Origin: Kiritimatiellia bacterium
Lineage (GTDB): Bacteria > Verrucomicrobiota > Kiritimatiellia > WLWN01
NCBI GenBank assembly: GCA_012103575.1
Contig: WLWN01000001.1
Coordinates: forward strand, 1,564,176 to 1,628,175
Reading direction: 5' to 3'
Length of the DNA: 64,000 nucleotides
Shown here: positions 41,309 to 51,976 of the stretch, one piece after another
Layout of the letters: each line of letters begins with the position of its first letter
How positions within the stretch are numbered: the stretch's first letter is position 1
Program-made: the position numbers and the translations under genes
The notes under the pieces: model-generated
Told to the model about the DNA's origin: nothing
The model's database searches: none
The model's input: only the letters and a program-made list of their open reading frames with translations

Positions 41309-41473
41309 GAATCTTTCGAACGACCCTTAACCACCTGCAAATATCTTCCGAACCTCGACATTCAGTTCATCTAATGCCATGATTCAAGACACATGACTGA
41401 AACAGCTGAGTCTCTTGCAAAAATAGTAATGTGTTAGGCAAGAATGCCCGATTTACTAAGGATTTCAAAATGA

Positions 41474-41636
41474 CCTGGATCCGTCAGTTAAACGCGGTTT
41501 TCTGCACGAACCATTTGGGCCAAAAGGAATTACAAAAAAGCCTCAACGCACCCAGCGGGTGCGCCTGCGTTTTTTTGCAACCTTTTGCCTTCAAAGCATT
41601 CGCACAGAAATCCCACGTTTAACTGACGGATCCAGG
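41474..41636 (-). mobile_element. MITE copy d (inverted orientation)
   Basis: The same 163-bp element reverse-complemented, with a 5-bp TSD AATGA (41469..41473 and 41637..41641). It lies between the PQQ dehydrogenase and the msbA-like gene. Confidence 0.9.
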
Positions 41637-41723
41637 AATGACTGATATCTCGCGAAAATCTTTTTTCAAGAGCCTCAGCTATTAACTGACTTTTTATTTC
41701 TTCATTGTTTCTACAAAAAAACC

Positions 41724-43454
41724 ATGAAAGATCGTAGTCCAATCCAAAGTTCGAAACAAACGTATCGTCGATTGTTACATTATGTTTATCCCTACAGGGT
41801 TCACCTTCTGGCAGGCACGATTTTTGGAATCGTATTCGGCGCTTCCCACATTGGATTAATTCAATCTTTTCGCAGTATTATTAGTAATTTTTTTAACAAC
41901 ACAGATTTAACGCTTCACGGAGCGCTTGTCATTGCTGCGATGCTACCCCTCTTTGGATTCATCTGGGGGTTAGGAGGATTTTTCAGTAAATATTTAGTGG
42001 GTTGGGTTGGTGAACGTGTGGTCATGGACCTCCGCATACAAACCTTTTCCCAGATACAACGGTTTTCTCTGGACTATTTTACCCATCACAAAATTGGTGA
42101 ACTGATCTCCCGCACAACGAACGATACCATGATGGTACAACGAGCTGTTTCTAATGTCCTAGTCGATCTTGTACGTGAACCTTTTACGCTTGTTGCGATG
42201 GTTTTTTACATTATTTGGACGAATCCACGTTTAGCGATGATTAGCTTAATCGCCTTTCCGATATGCATACTTCCCGCCGCCATCTTTGGGAGAAGAGTTA
42301 GACGATTATCCAAGGAAGGACAAGAAAAGTTGGCTGAGTTGGTCTCGATTATTCAAGAGAACATCATGGGGATTCGTATAGTGAAAGCATTTTGTACAGA
42401 AGACCGGGAGCGCGATCGTTTTCTAAATCGGGCTCAAAGCGTTTTCAGACGCGCGGTTAAGATATCGATTGCACAAAACATGCTTGAACCGATTGTGGTG
42501 TTGATTGCCATGGGTTCCCTTTCGATCGTTTTTCTATATGCGTGGAAAGTAGGGATGGCCATTGACGAGCTCATTGCTTTTGCAGCGATGTTATTTGTGA
42601 TGTATCAACCCGTAAAAAAGTTAAGTCGCATCCATCTTCAAATCCAACAATGCTCTTCTTCGGCTGATCGCATTTTTGAGATATTGGATGCCGGAGTTTG
42701 CGAAAAGGACACGGTGAATGCAATTGAACTAGCAGACCCCATTAGGGAAATCATGCTCAAAAACATTTGTTTTCAGTATGATGACACGCCCGTATTAAAG
42801 AATATTAATCTCACCGTACGTGCAGGAGATTGCATCGCTTTGGTAGGTTCTTCAGGGGCAGGAAAAACAACCTTGATGAATTTAATTCCACGATTTTACG
42901 ATTTGAATACGGGACAACTTCTCATTAATGGAAAAGACATAACCTCTCTTTCCATTCAATCACTACGACAACAAATAGGGCTCGTGACCCAGGAAACCAT
43001 CCTTTTCAACGATACGGTCGCTAACACGATCGCTTATGCAAAACCGGATGTGACTCACGAAAAAATCATCGAGGCTGCAAAAATGGCTCAAGCCCATGAA
43101 TTTATCATGGACATGCCCGATGGCTATGACACAAAAATTGGTGACCGGGGTCTTCGCTTGTCAGGCGGGCAACGACAACGGCTTAGCATCGCTCGGGCCA
43201 TCCTGGCAGATCGCCCGGTCCTCTTGCTTGATGAAGCCACAAGCGCACTCGACACACATTCTGAAAGATGTGTCCAAGCGGCATTGGATGAGTTGATGAA
43301 AAATCGAACCGTTATTATGATTGCACACCGTCTTTCGACCATTAAAAAAGCAAATAGAATTATGATCTTGTCCGAAGGCTCTATTGTTGAAGAAGGGACG
43401 CATGAAGAATTGATGAATCGTGGTGGTCACTACAAGTATCTTTATGATCTATAG
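41724..43454 (+). CDS. ABC transporter permease/ATP-binding protein (MsbA-like exporter)
   Basis: 576 aa. N-terminal 6-TM exporter domain, Walker A GSSGAGKTT, signature LSGGQRQRLSIARA and Walker B LLLDEATSALD. Confidence 0.85.
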   Translation: MKDRSPIQSSKQTYRRLLHYVYPYRVHLLAGTIFGIVFGASHIGLIQSFRSIISNFFNNTDLTLHGALVIAAMLPLFGFIWGLGGFFSKYLVGWVGERVVMDLRIQTFSQIQRFSLDYFTHHKIGELISRTTNDTMMVQRAVSNVLVDLVREPFTLVAMVFYIIWTNPRLAMISLIAFPICILPAAIFGRRVRRLSKEGQEKLAELVSIIQENIMGIRIVKAFCTEDRERDRFLNRAQSVFRRAVKISIAQNMLEPIVVLIAMGSLSIVFLYAWKVGMAIDELIAFAAMLFVMYQPVKKLSRIHLQIQQCSSSADRIFEILDAGVCEKDTVNAIELADPIREIMLKNICFQYDDTPVLKNINLTVRAGDCIALVGSSGAGKTTLMNLIPRFYDLNTGQLLINGKDITSLSIQSLRQQIGLVTQETILFNDTVANTIAYAKPDVTHEKIIEAAKMAQAHEFIMDMPDGYDTKIGDRGLRLSGGQRQRLSIARAILADRPVLLLDEATSALDTHSERCVQAALDELMKNRTVIMIAHRLSTIKKANRIMILSEGSIVEEGTHEELMNRGGHYKYLYDL

Positions 43455-43715
43455 TTTCACGATGCTTAATTCAGACCGTCGCAAAATAAGATTGAAAGAT
43501 TTGAACCTATTCACAAACCTATCGACGGCACAGTGACACTCAATTACTCAGTACTGGATTCCTGATAGGGATGACATCGTTTGGATTGGAGGGCAAGAAA
43601 AGTCAAATTCATCACTAAAACCTCTTCTTCTATTGTCCGCGAAGTGAGACAAAAAACTGCAGCCTTAATTTAGATGGAGGGTAATTGAAGATAAAAACAA
43701 CTATTCTTCAGAGCC

Positions 43716-44713
43716 TAGAGCGCTTCACGATTGAGGTGTCGCGATGTAGCACGAAGAAAACCAGCCGATTACCTCGTCGGGAGAAACCTCTTCGAACGTT
43801 TGTGTGATCGCTTCAGATAGTTCCTGCTGACTGCGGGCTGCAAGGCTGCCCAACCGATTCTTTATCTTGCCCCACATTTTTTCAATGGGGTTGGAATCGG
43901 GGCTGTAGGGTGGAAGGAATCTTACATGGGCCCCACATGACTCAATGAGTTCAATGACCTTGGGATTGTGATGGACGCGAAGATTGTCCATGATGACGAT
44001 GTCTTCAGGTGAAAGAGTTGGGAGAAGAACCCGGCGAATATATTCTCCAAAAACAGCCGTCTCTATCGCCCCCTCCCCCTCCATGGCCGCTGTTGTTCCG
44101 TCCAGGTGGACCGAAGAAATCAAGGTGGTAGTACACCAATGTCCATGAGGCGTTTTGGCAAAAAGCCTGTTCCCGCCCAACGCCCGGCCCCGCAGACGAG
44201 TCATATTCGTTTTCGCCCCGGATTCATCAATAAGGACAAGGCGACTTGGATCAAGTTTGGCCACCTCTTGGATCCACTGCTTTCTCAAGAGATTTACATC
44301 CGCCCGGTCTTGCTCGCTGGCGTGAAGCGTTTCTTTTATACCGGCAGCCCAACCGATTCAACGCCCGCTGTACGGCCATGATCGACCCCTTCACGCCGCT
44401 CATGTTCTTGAGTTCTTCAAGCGTTGCCGGGATGTTTGCCCACCAGTTGAGCCAACGCCTTGAGCTGCTTTCCGCTGTAGAGGGCCTGACGATGCCCACG
44501 CGGTCGGGGAGCGGTCTGTCCGGTTTCGTTGAAACGAGAGAGCCCACGCTGAAATGTTCTAAGATCTACACGATAAGAAGATGCGATATCGGCCTGGGAA
44601 CCTTTGCCCATTTTGTAGGCATCTATCACACGCCGCCGGATTTCTGCTGTTGCTATACTCATGTCATGGAGTATAGATCTTCTAAAGAGGCATTTCAATC
44701 GTTAAATGCTCTA
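43716..44713 (-). mobile_element. IS630/Tc1-mariner-family element (transposase split over three frames), flanked by TA
   Basis: DDE_3-type motifs LVLIDESGAKTNM, IVIMDNLRVHH and PPYSPDSNPIEKMW in ORF 43725..44288. HTH parts are in 44417..44698 and 44251..44547. Imperfect ~23-bp IRs GAGCGCTTCACGATTGAGGTGTC/GAGCATTTAACGATTGAAATGCC. TA lies at both borders. Confidence 0.75.
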
Positions 44714-44739
44714 GCCAAAACAGCTTCTTAGGTCGGGAA

Positions 44740-47700
44740 TTAAACCGGCTGAATTTTAATTGAACAGGTATGGCCATTTAAGTCCCACGTTACACCTTCA
44801 GCATCTATCTTTTCTATAAATGCCAAATCGGCTGCCAGTGTCTCAGTCTGGATATAATCTCGATGACTTTCAACGGCCTCGACAACAGGATTATCAGCTG
44901 AATAGAAGACATTGATCCGTTGGACGACTTCTAAATCTTCTTTCTTGCGCATCTGTTGAACTTTATTCACAAACTCTCGTGCTAATCCCTCTCGAATCAA
45001 TTCAGGCGTTAATTCTGTTTCTAATGCAACCATCAAGTCACCGTCCGACGCCACAGCAAGGCCTTCCAATGGAATACGTTCGATGACTAAATCTTTTTCG
45101 GTTAACTCAATCATTTTGTCATCCAGGGAAATGGACACGGATTGACCTTGAAGAATGCGTTCAAGAACTGACCGATCCAATGCTTGAATCTGTTGTGCTG
45201 CTTTTTTAACGGATGGCCCTAAACGCGGTCCTAATTCTTTAAAATTGGGTTTGGCTTGAAAGGTGGCCAACTGTATTTCACATTGATTTAGCCAAACCTC
45301 ACGAATATTTAACTCATCAGAAATAACGGTTTTGAGTTCATCCAAGTGTTCTATTTTTTGATCGACATGACTCACAATATGAACCCCTTTAAGAGGCTGC
45401 CTAACTTTTAAGTTATGATCTGTTCTAAGCTGTCGCCCCATGCTCACCACGGATATGACGGTTTCCATTTGGTGTTCTAACTCAGGTTCACGACGGTCTT
45501 GATCCCCTATCGGGAAATCACACAGATGCACGGAATCGGGCATATTTTTCATACGCAGATTTTGATAAATGGCTTCGCTTATAAAGGGAACAAAGGGTGC
45601 AGCGATTTTGGAAAGACGTAGTAATACCTCATATAAGGTTGCATACGCTTGGTTTTTATCTTCATCGTTTGCACTTTTCCAAAACCGTCTTCGACTTCTC
45701 CGAATATACCAATTGGTTAAATCTTCTATAAATCGAATAAACGGGCGTACAGCGGATTGTAAACCATATTCATCCATCGCGGATACAACGTCGGTTGTGA
45801 GTCGCTCAAGGGAACTAAGAATCCAACGATCTAACAAATGGGTACAGGATTTATCAACATCTTTGCTCGGACTCCATTTATCAATGCACGCATAGGTCAC
45901 AAAGAAACTATAGGCATTCCACCAGGGAATGAGTAAATGGCGAAGCGCATGTTTTACACCCTCTTCAGAAAAACAGAGATCTTCGGCTTTCACAATCGGA
46001 GAATAGATCATGTATAAGCGCAGTGCATCGGCCCCATAGGTATCCAGGACGTGGGTTGGGTCAGGATAATTTTTGAGTCGCTTACTCATTTTCCGCCCGT
46101 CTTCGGCTAGGACTAACCCATTTACCACAACGTTCTGGAACGCAGAACATTTAAATAAAGCGGTGGATAACACCATTAAGGTATAAAACCAACCACGCGT
46201 TTGGTCTAATCCTTCGGCAATAAAATCAGCGGGAAAATGACGCTCAAACCGCTCTTTATTTTCAAAGGGATAATGGACTTGGGCATAGGGCATAGACCCT
46301 GATTCAAACCAACAATCTAATACTTCAGGTGTACGTTGGTAAACCTTTCCATCTTTCTCAAAGGTGATTTGATCAAGTATGTGCTTGTGTAGGTCAGTTG
46401 GTCGTACGCTGGATAACTCTTCTAATTCGCTTATAGAACCTACACAAATCATATCGGAACCATCCTGAGCTACCCAAACAGGAATACAAGACCCCCAATA
46501 ACGATTCCTGCTAATATTCCAGTCTTTTGCATCACGCAACCAGTTACCAAATCGTTTATCCCCCACGTAATCGGGAACCCAATGAATTGATTCATTGTTT
46601 TCGACTAATAAATCACGCAGATCTTCGACCCGTACGTACCACGCATTGATGGCCCGATAGATTAGAGGGGTATCGGTACGTTCACAGAACGGATAGCTAT
46701 GATTGATCGTAGACTGATGAACAAGTTTACCTTCTCTTTTGAGTCGCTTGATAATGGCTTTATCAGCATCTTTACAGAATTGCCCTGCATATTCTGGGGT
46801 CACATCGGTAAACTGACATTCTTCGTTGAGAGGATCGACGATATCGATCTTTGCCTCACGACAAACGCGATAATCATCTTCACCATAGGCAGGCGCTAGA
46901 TGAACAATACCGGTCCCTTCGTCTGTACTTACAAAATCATCCATTAAAAAACAAAACGCATGAGGCTGATCGGCAAAATAAGGAAACAAGGCATCATACG
47001 TCCACGTTGAAATCTCATTTCCTTTATAGTGTGCTACGATTTCGTATTCTTGGGACTTTTTATAGTACTGTTCTAGGCGTGCTTTAGCTAATAGATACAG
47101 ATCACGACTCCTTTTATCTCTTACCGTCACATAATCAATGTGAGGTCCTACGCATAATGCAAGGTTTCCCGGGAGCGTCCAAGGCGTTGTTGTCCATGCT
47201 AATGCATAGATAGGATCACCATCGACATGTTCTGAGGTACGAATACGGACCGTAATCGCTGGGTCTTGTATTTCTTTATAATTATTACCCGCTTCAAAGT
47301 TGGATAATGGGGTCGTTAACTTCCAACTATATGGCATAATCCGGTGTGCTTTATAAACACGCCCCTGATCCCAAAGCTGTTTAAACACCCACCAAATAGT
47401 TTCCATAAAATTGACGTCCATAGTTTTGTAGTCATCATCGAAATCAACCCATCGTCCCATACGGGTAATGGTTTTTTTCCATTCCTCCACATAGGTGAGA
47501 ACCATCGACCGACATTTTTCATTAAAGATATCGATTCCTGTTTCCTGGATAGCTGCTGGACCAGCAAGACCTAGCGATTCTTGAGCTAACGCTTCAATAG
47601 GAAGACCATGACAATCCCATCCAAACCGTCGTTCTACATAATGGCCACGCATGGTATGGTAGCGTGGCACAATATCTTTAATGGTACCTGCCAAAAGATG

Positions 47701-47871
47701 ACCGTAGTGAGGCAGTCCAGTAGCAAATGGAGGGCCGTCATAAAAGACGTACTCCCTACTTTCGCGACGGTTTTCTAAAGATTTTTTAAATATATCTTCT
47801 TTTTCCCACAGCTGAAGAATCTCTTTTTCCATGTGCGGAAAGTTTGTTTTGTTACTAACGACATTAAACAT
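44740..47871 (-). CDS. ileS: isoleucine--tRNA ligase (type 2, eukaryote-like)
   Basis: 1043 aa. PPFATGLPHYGHLLAGTIKD (HIGH), KMSKRLKNYPDP (KMSKS) and the WDCHGLPIE editing-domain context. Confidence 0.95.
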   Translation of the reverse strand: MFNVVSNKTNFPHMEKEILQLWEKEDIFKKSLENRRESREYVFYDGPPFATGLPHYGHLLAGTIKDIVPRYHTMRGHYVERRFGWDCHGLPIEALAQESLGLAGPAAIQETGIDIFNEKCRSMVLTYVEEWKKTITRMGRWVDFDDDYKTMDVNFMETIWWVFKQLWDQGRVYKAHRIMPYSWKLTTPLSNFEAGNNYKEIQDPAITVRIRTSEHVDGDPIYALAWTTTPWTLPGNLALCVGPHIDYVTVRDKRSRDLYLLAKARLEQYYKKSQEYEIVAHYKGNEISTWTYDALFPYFADQPHAFCFLMDDFVSTDEGTGIVHLAPAYGEDDYRVCREAKIDIVDPLNEECQFTDVTPEYAGQFCKDADKAIIKRLKREGKLVHQSTINHSYPFCERTDTPLIYRAINAWYVRVEDLRDLLVENNESIHWVPDYVGDKRFGNWLRDAKDWNISRNRYWGSCIPVWVAQDGSDMICVGSISELEELSSVRPTDLHKHILDQITFEKDGKVYQRTPEVLDCWFESGSMPYAQVHYPFENKERFERHFPADFIAEGLDQTRGWFYTLMVLSTALFKCSAFQNVVVNGLVLAEDGRKMSKRLKNYPDPTHVLDTYGADALRLYMIYSPIVKAEDLCFSEEGVKHALRHLLIPWWNAYSFFVTYACIDKWSPSKDVDKSCTHLLDRWILSSLERLTTDVVSAMDEYGLQSAVRPFIRFIEDLTNWYIRRSRRRFWKSANDEDKNQAYATLYEVLLRLSKIAAPFVPFISEAIYQNLRMKNMPDSVHLCDFPIGDQDRREPELEHQMETVISVVSMGRQLRTDHNLKVRQPLKGVHIVSHVDQKIEHLDELKTVISDELNIREVWLNQCEIQLATFQAKPNFKELGPRLGPSVKKAAQQIQALDRSVLERILQGQSVSISLDDKMIELTEKDLVIERIPLEGLAVASDGDLMVALETELTPELIREGLAREFVNKVQQMRKKEDLEVVQRINVFYSADNPVVEAVESHRDYIQTETLAADLAFIEKIDAEGVTWDLNGHTCSIKIQPV

Positions 47872-47992
47872 AAGTATTCACTTTATTAAGCTTTGTTCTT
47901 TCCAATAAGTTTATCCATTATCTCGCCTAACCATAGCGAGACTGAAAATTCCTATACATTAAATCAGTGGGAATGTATACATATCTAATCAC

Positions 47993-49027
47993 ATGAAAAT
48001 TTTAGTTGAGATCCTTCATCCCGCCCACGTCCATTTTTTCAAGCATGCTATATCAAGCTGGAAAAAACGTGGAGATCAAGTGCTTGTTTTAAGTCGCGAA
48101 AAAGAATGTGCAAATGACCTCCTGAAGGCCTATGATATTTCTTATACCTCCATCAGCACTTTACGAAAAGGCACATGCTATCTTCTGGTAGAAATGCTTA
48201 TCCGAAATTGGCGCATGTGGATAGCCGCACGAAGATTTAATCCCGAAGTTTTAGTGGGGATCATGGGCGTAACCATTGTTCAAGTTGGAAAACTAATTAG
48301 AAAACCCGCTATCGTCTTTTATGATACAGAAAATGCCTCTTTGACAAATCGAGTCGTATATCCCCTCGCCCACTCGATCTGCACCCCTACGTGTTATGAG
48401 GAACGCGTTAAAGGACACCACCTAACGTATCCAGGATACCATGAACTAGCCTATCTTCATCCAACCCGATTTACGCCTGATCCATCTGTTCTCAAGAAAC
48501 TAGGTTTAGATCCTGATGAAATCTATTTCGTCGTCCGTTTTGTATCCTGGCAAGCATCGCATGACTTAGGAGAGACAGGTTTGAACCTTGATTTCAAACG
48601 AACGCTCATCGCTCAACTAGCTGAACAGGGCCGCGTACTCATTACGAGCGAAGAACCTCTTCCAGAGGATTTGCAAGCATACCAGTTTTCTTTAAAACCC
48701 GAGCACATGCACCATGTAATAGCCTTTTCGAACATGCTTGTGGGAGAAAGCGCAACCATGGCCAGTGAAGCGGCCGTACTAGGCATACCCGCTATTTTTA
48801 TAAGTGATACGGGTCGAGGGTATACCCATGAAGAAGAGAACGAATACGGTTTAGTTTTTAATTATAAAAGGAATCAGCCCCAAGAAATACTTACCAAAGT
48901 TGATGAACTCTTAAATATACCCATGGAGCACTTTCAACAGTTGAGAGAAAGACTGTTAAAGGATAAAGTGGATACGACCCAATGGGCTATGGATTACATT
49001 GATTCGGTAATATTGGAAAAAACTTAA
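47993..49027 (+). CDS. DUF354-family protein (glycosyltransferase-like)
   Basis: MKILVEILHPAHVHFFKHAI... N-terminus and a size (344 aa) typical of DUF354. Confidence 0.6.
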   Translation: MKILVEILHPAHVHFFKHAISSWKKRGDQVLVLSREKECANDLLKAYDISYTSISTLRKGTCYLLVEMLIRNWRMWIAARRFNPEVLVGIMGVTIVQVGKLIRKPAIVFYDTENASLTNRVVYPLAHSICTPTCYEERVKGHHLTYPGYHELAYLHPTRFTPDPSVLKKLGLDPDEIYFVVRFVSWQASHDLGETGLNLDFKRTLIAQLAEQGRVLITSEEPLPEDLQAYQFSLKPEHMHHVIAFSNMLVGESATMASEAAVLGIPAIFISDTGRGYTHEEENEYGLVFNYKRNQPQEILTKVDELLNIPMEHFQQLRERLLKDKVDTTQWAMDYIDSVILEKT

Positions 49028-49129
49028 TGGATACTGAAGAAGGTTCTAAGTTCATAGTTCTCGGTTGAAAGAGAAGAGTCTGGAATCCCTCTAACCCTGA
49101 ACCAAGAACTTGAACGCTGGCCCTACACT

Positions 49130-51907
49130 TCATTCCCCCGCAAGCTCAACTTCCACATGGTCAATCATTAGGCCAAGATCTCTGCTATCAGGTAGTCCAA
49201 TCGTTTTTTTAGGATTCCACCCTTCTGAGTTTATCTCAATAACTGTTTTTTTTGATAGATGATCGAGCTCGTTTTTCATAAGAAAACTATACTCAATAAC
49301 GTTATTTGAATCAATCTGCATAGAAACGTTTTCTGGAAGAATGCTTAATCCATTCACACGAAATACGGGGTTTGCTTTAAAAGGATCCGGACGAGCTTTT
49401 CTAGCTCGTATACGGACATTCAGCCCTTGATCGGAAGTCGCTAACGGCAGTCCTATTTTAGCGTGGGGCATTGTCCAGCGAATGGATCCTTGATCTAAAT
49501 ATTTTTCTCGCGGATAAAAACCTTCTGAAAGAAATCGTCCGTCATCTTGACCTCCTATATCAATAGACAACGATGATTTTAATTCAATGGGTACTGCAAA
49601 TAGTCTAACATCAAATAATTTAATAAACTCCCATTCCTCAATCTGGCCCTGTTTCATCAGGGCCGTTTGATCTTCAAGGCCCGGCAATGTTGACGTGAGT
49701 CTAACGTCTACAAAACCTAATCGCTCACACCCACGCCCCATATCAACCACAACCGTGGCCTGCTGCTGCCCAGGCAGTGGAATACTCGAACGGTGATCAC
49801 TGGCTTGTACGATTAAGGTATGCTTGGCCTTTTGGAAATAAGAGTCCCTTTGAAAAAGTTCCACACGAAAACTTGCGAAGACCTGATAATTTGTGTCAGC
49901 AAATAGAGGAAGTTGAATCGTACCCTTTTTAAACAAAAGACAAGAATCGTCCTTTAAAGGAATGGGATACACTAATTCAGGCGACAAGTAAGGATAATAC
50001 CAAACTTCACCCAAAGCCCCCAATGGAATCTGCATCTCCGCATTTATAGGGATAATTTCCAATACAGGCCGTTCGGGAAGTGGCCCATCTGATGTAATTT
50101 GAACGTTTATCGTTGAATGCTGTTTAACAAAGTCAACGGGTACATTCATAAACTGCAACCCATTCGTAATGGATCGCTTAACCAGACGCCCATTTATAGA
50201 GAGGTTACAATAAGAACGGCTCGGATAGTCCCATAACCGATAAGCGTCTAATTTTAACAGATAGGCATCAGCATCTACGGGTATTTCTATATTTTTGTTA
50301 ATGGAGGTATTCTTCCATGTTTCAACCTTATAGAGCCCCTTGTCCAAAGGTTTTCCGTAATGATCAATGGGCACGGGAATATCTTGCAATGATAAGACCT
50401 CTCTTATATCAAACCAATTTTGGAATAATGGAGGCGAATGGTCGCCATAGATATAATAATTCCCTTTACCTATATAATCGATGGCCGAAGCACCAAATAG
50501 TTCCAGCGCCTTATCCAAACCCACTTCTTTAACTTTTTCTTTATCAAAAGATCGAATGAGCTCATTAGACTCTCCTCTAAGGAGCCACGTGAACAAATGA
50601 TTGAAATGTCTACTCCCTAAAAAAGTATATGGAGCCTTTAATGTTGGAATAGCATGTGATTGAAACGTCTTGATATTCCACACTTTGAGGGCATTGCCTC
50701 TGCGACTTTGATACGCTTCAGATAGTGTTATCCCCAGTAAAACGATAAACCCCATGGCAAACCCTTTACATATCCACGGAAAACTTTGTTTGAAAAATCT
50801 TGGCCCCCAGTTACATATAATTTCTAAAAGCGTGACGAATCCAATAGCCATCAAGGGGACAACGAATAATTCGACCACAAACAGGTAGCGTTCTTTCATA
50901 TACCAATAGAAACAATAGAACAAAAGATGTAAGAATGCGGCCGACAGAAACAGTAATAGTACAGGCCAACTCTTCCTACACATAGACCGAATGACCCCGA
51001 TCCCAAATAAGAACCATCCTATCCATCTATACTTTTCATATAGAAAGATAAGTGATTGTCTTCCTGTCGAGGAAAAATGGCGAAGACTCATCCCTAGAAC
51101 AGGAATATCCCAGTTTTTACTTGTTATATCCTCAAACTTTCCCGCGGCATACGAAGGCACAGCCACATTTCCCGAATGCATATAATTTTGCACAAAAAAG
51201 GGTATCAATCCTATCATTAACCCAATCACGATGATGGGTATAACCCGTAACCAAGCATGACTTTTGTCACGGATATAACAGCATAACCACCAAAGACCAA
51301 TAGATGGGAGGATGAGCATACATGTTTCACGCGTGCTTATGGCTAATCCAACCAGCATACCTGCAAACACTCCCTTTAAAAGACCACGATTGGAGTCATA
51401 CGCTAAAAGCAGAGCCATACTTCCCACTAATAACGAAAAAGCGAGCGGTTCTCTAAAAGGATTTAAGATTTCTACAAGGAAACGGCGATTGGCTATAATA
51501 AACATACATACGGCGAATAATCCAACTAAGCCCTTTTTATCACTGGCGAAGGTCTCGTTATGATTAGAGCCTACGGCTAGCTGTGTTGACACGATATAGA
51601 TCAAGTAAACCAACAAAAGAATGAAGAGTAAATTAGATAAAAAAATATAGATAGGACCTAACAACTGAAGCGCCATGACAAGAAAAGCTGGATATACAAA
51701 TGCTCGACTTGTTACAGGGTGCCCCTCCTGCATGGCTTCAGCCAAAAAAAGAAAACCAACAGGATCGGAATAGGCCTTAACATAGTGAGCGCCTATTAAA
51801 TAAACGGTTAAAACAACTGATATAATCGCTAATTGAATCAAAACGAATGTGCGGGATACTGGACTCATCACTAAATATAGGGTCATTAATTCTAATTTTG
51901 AAAGCAA
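49130..51907 (-). CDS. large polytopic membrane protein, GT-C (ArnT/PMT-like) glycosyltransferase candidate with a ~500-aa extracytoplasmic C-terminal domain
   Basis: About 11 hydrophobic segments in the first ~420 aa, then a soluble domain ending ..GFYPREKYLDQGSIRWT..VNG..DSRDLGLMIDHVEV... The true start may be the ATG at 51886. Confidence 0.55.
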   Translation of the reverse strand: MLSKLELMTLYLVMSPVSRTFVLIQLAIISVVLTVYLIGAHYVKAYSDPVGFLFLAEAMQEGHPVTSRAFVYPAFLVMALQLLGPIYIFLSNLLFILLLVYLIYIVSTQLAVGSNHNETFASDKKGLVGLFAVCMFIIANRRFLVEILNPFREPLAFSLLVGSMALLLAYDSNRGLLKGVFAGMLVGLAISTRETCMLILPSIGLWWLCCYIRDKSHAWLRVIPIIVIGLMIGLIPFFVQNYMHSGNVAVPSYAAGKFEDITSKNWDIPVLGMSLRHFSSTGRQSLIFLYEKYRWIGWFLFGIGVIRSMCRKSWPVLLLFLSAAFLHLLFYCFYWYMKERYLFVVELFVVPLMAIGFVTLLEIICNWGPRFFKQSFPWICKGFAMGFIVLLGITLSEAYQSRRGNALKVWNIKTFQSHAIPTLKAPYTFLGSRHFNHLFTWLLRGESNELIRSFDKEKVKEVGLDKALELFGASAIDYIGKGNYYIYGDHSPPLFQNWFDIREVLSLQDIPVPIDHYGKPLDKGLYKVETWKNTSINKNIEIPVDADAYLLKLDAYRLWDYPSRSYCNLSINGRLVKRSITNGLQFMNVPVDFVKQHSTINVQITSDGPLPERPVLEIIPINAEMQIPLGALGEVWYYPYLSPELVYPIPLKDDSCLLFKKGTIQLPLFADTNYQVFASFRVELFQRDSYFQKAKHTLIVQASDHRSSIPLPGQQQATVVVDMGRGCERLGFVDVRLTSTLPGLEDQTALMKQGQIEEWEFIKLFDVRLFAVPIELKSSLSIDIGGQDDGRFLSEGFYPREKYLDQGSIRWTMPHAKIGLPLATSDQGLNVRIRARKARPDPFKANPVFRVNGLSILPENVSMQIDSNNVIEYSFLMKNELDHLSKKTVIEINSEGWNPKKTIGLPDSRDLGLMIDHVEVELAGE

Positions 51908-51976
51908 AATTAGAATTGATAGTTATGGATTATTTGTTATCAGTTGTTCGGCTCCAACGTTAGAGATAATCTTCCT

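Noticed and set aside
3611-41636. Repeated ~160-bp palindromic units considered as a CRISPR array or other regularly spaced repeat
   Set aside because: The copies are kilobases apart and occur in both orientations. Each has its own TIRs and a 5-bp target duplication. There are no short spacers and no cas genes. They are MITEs.
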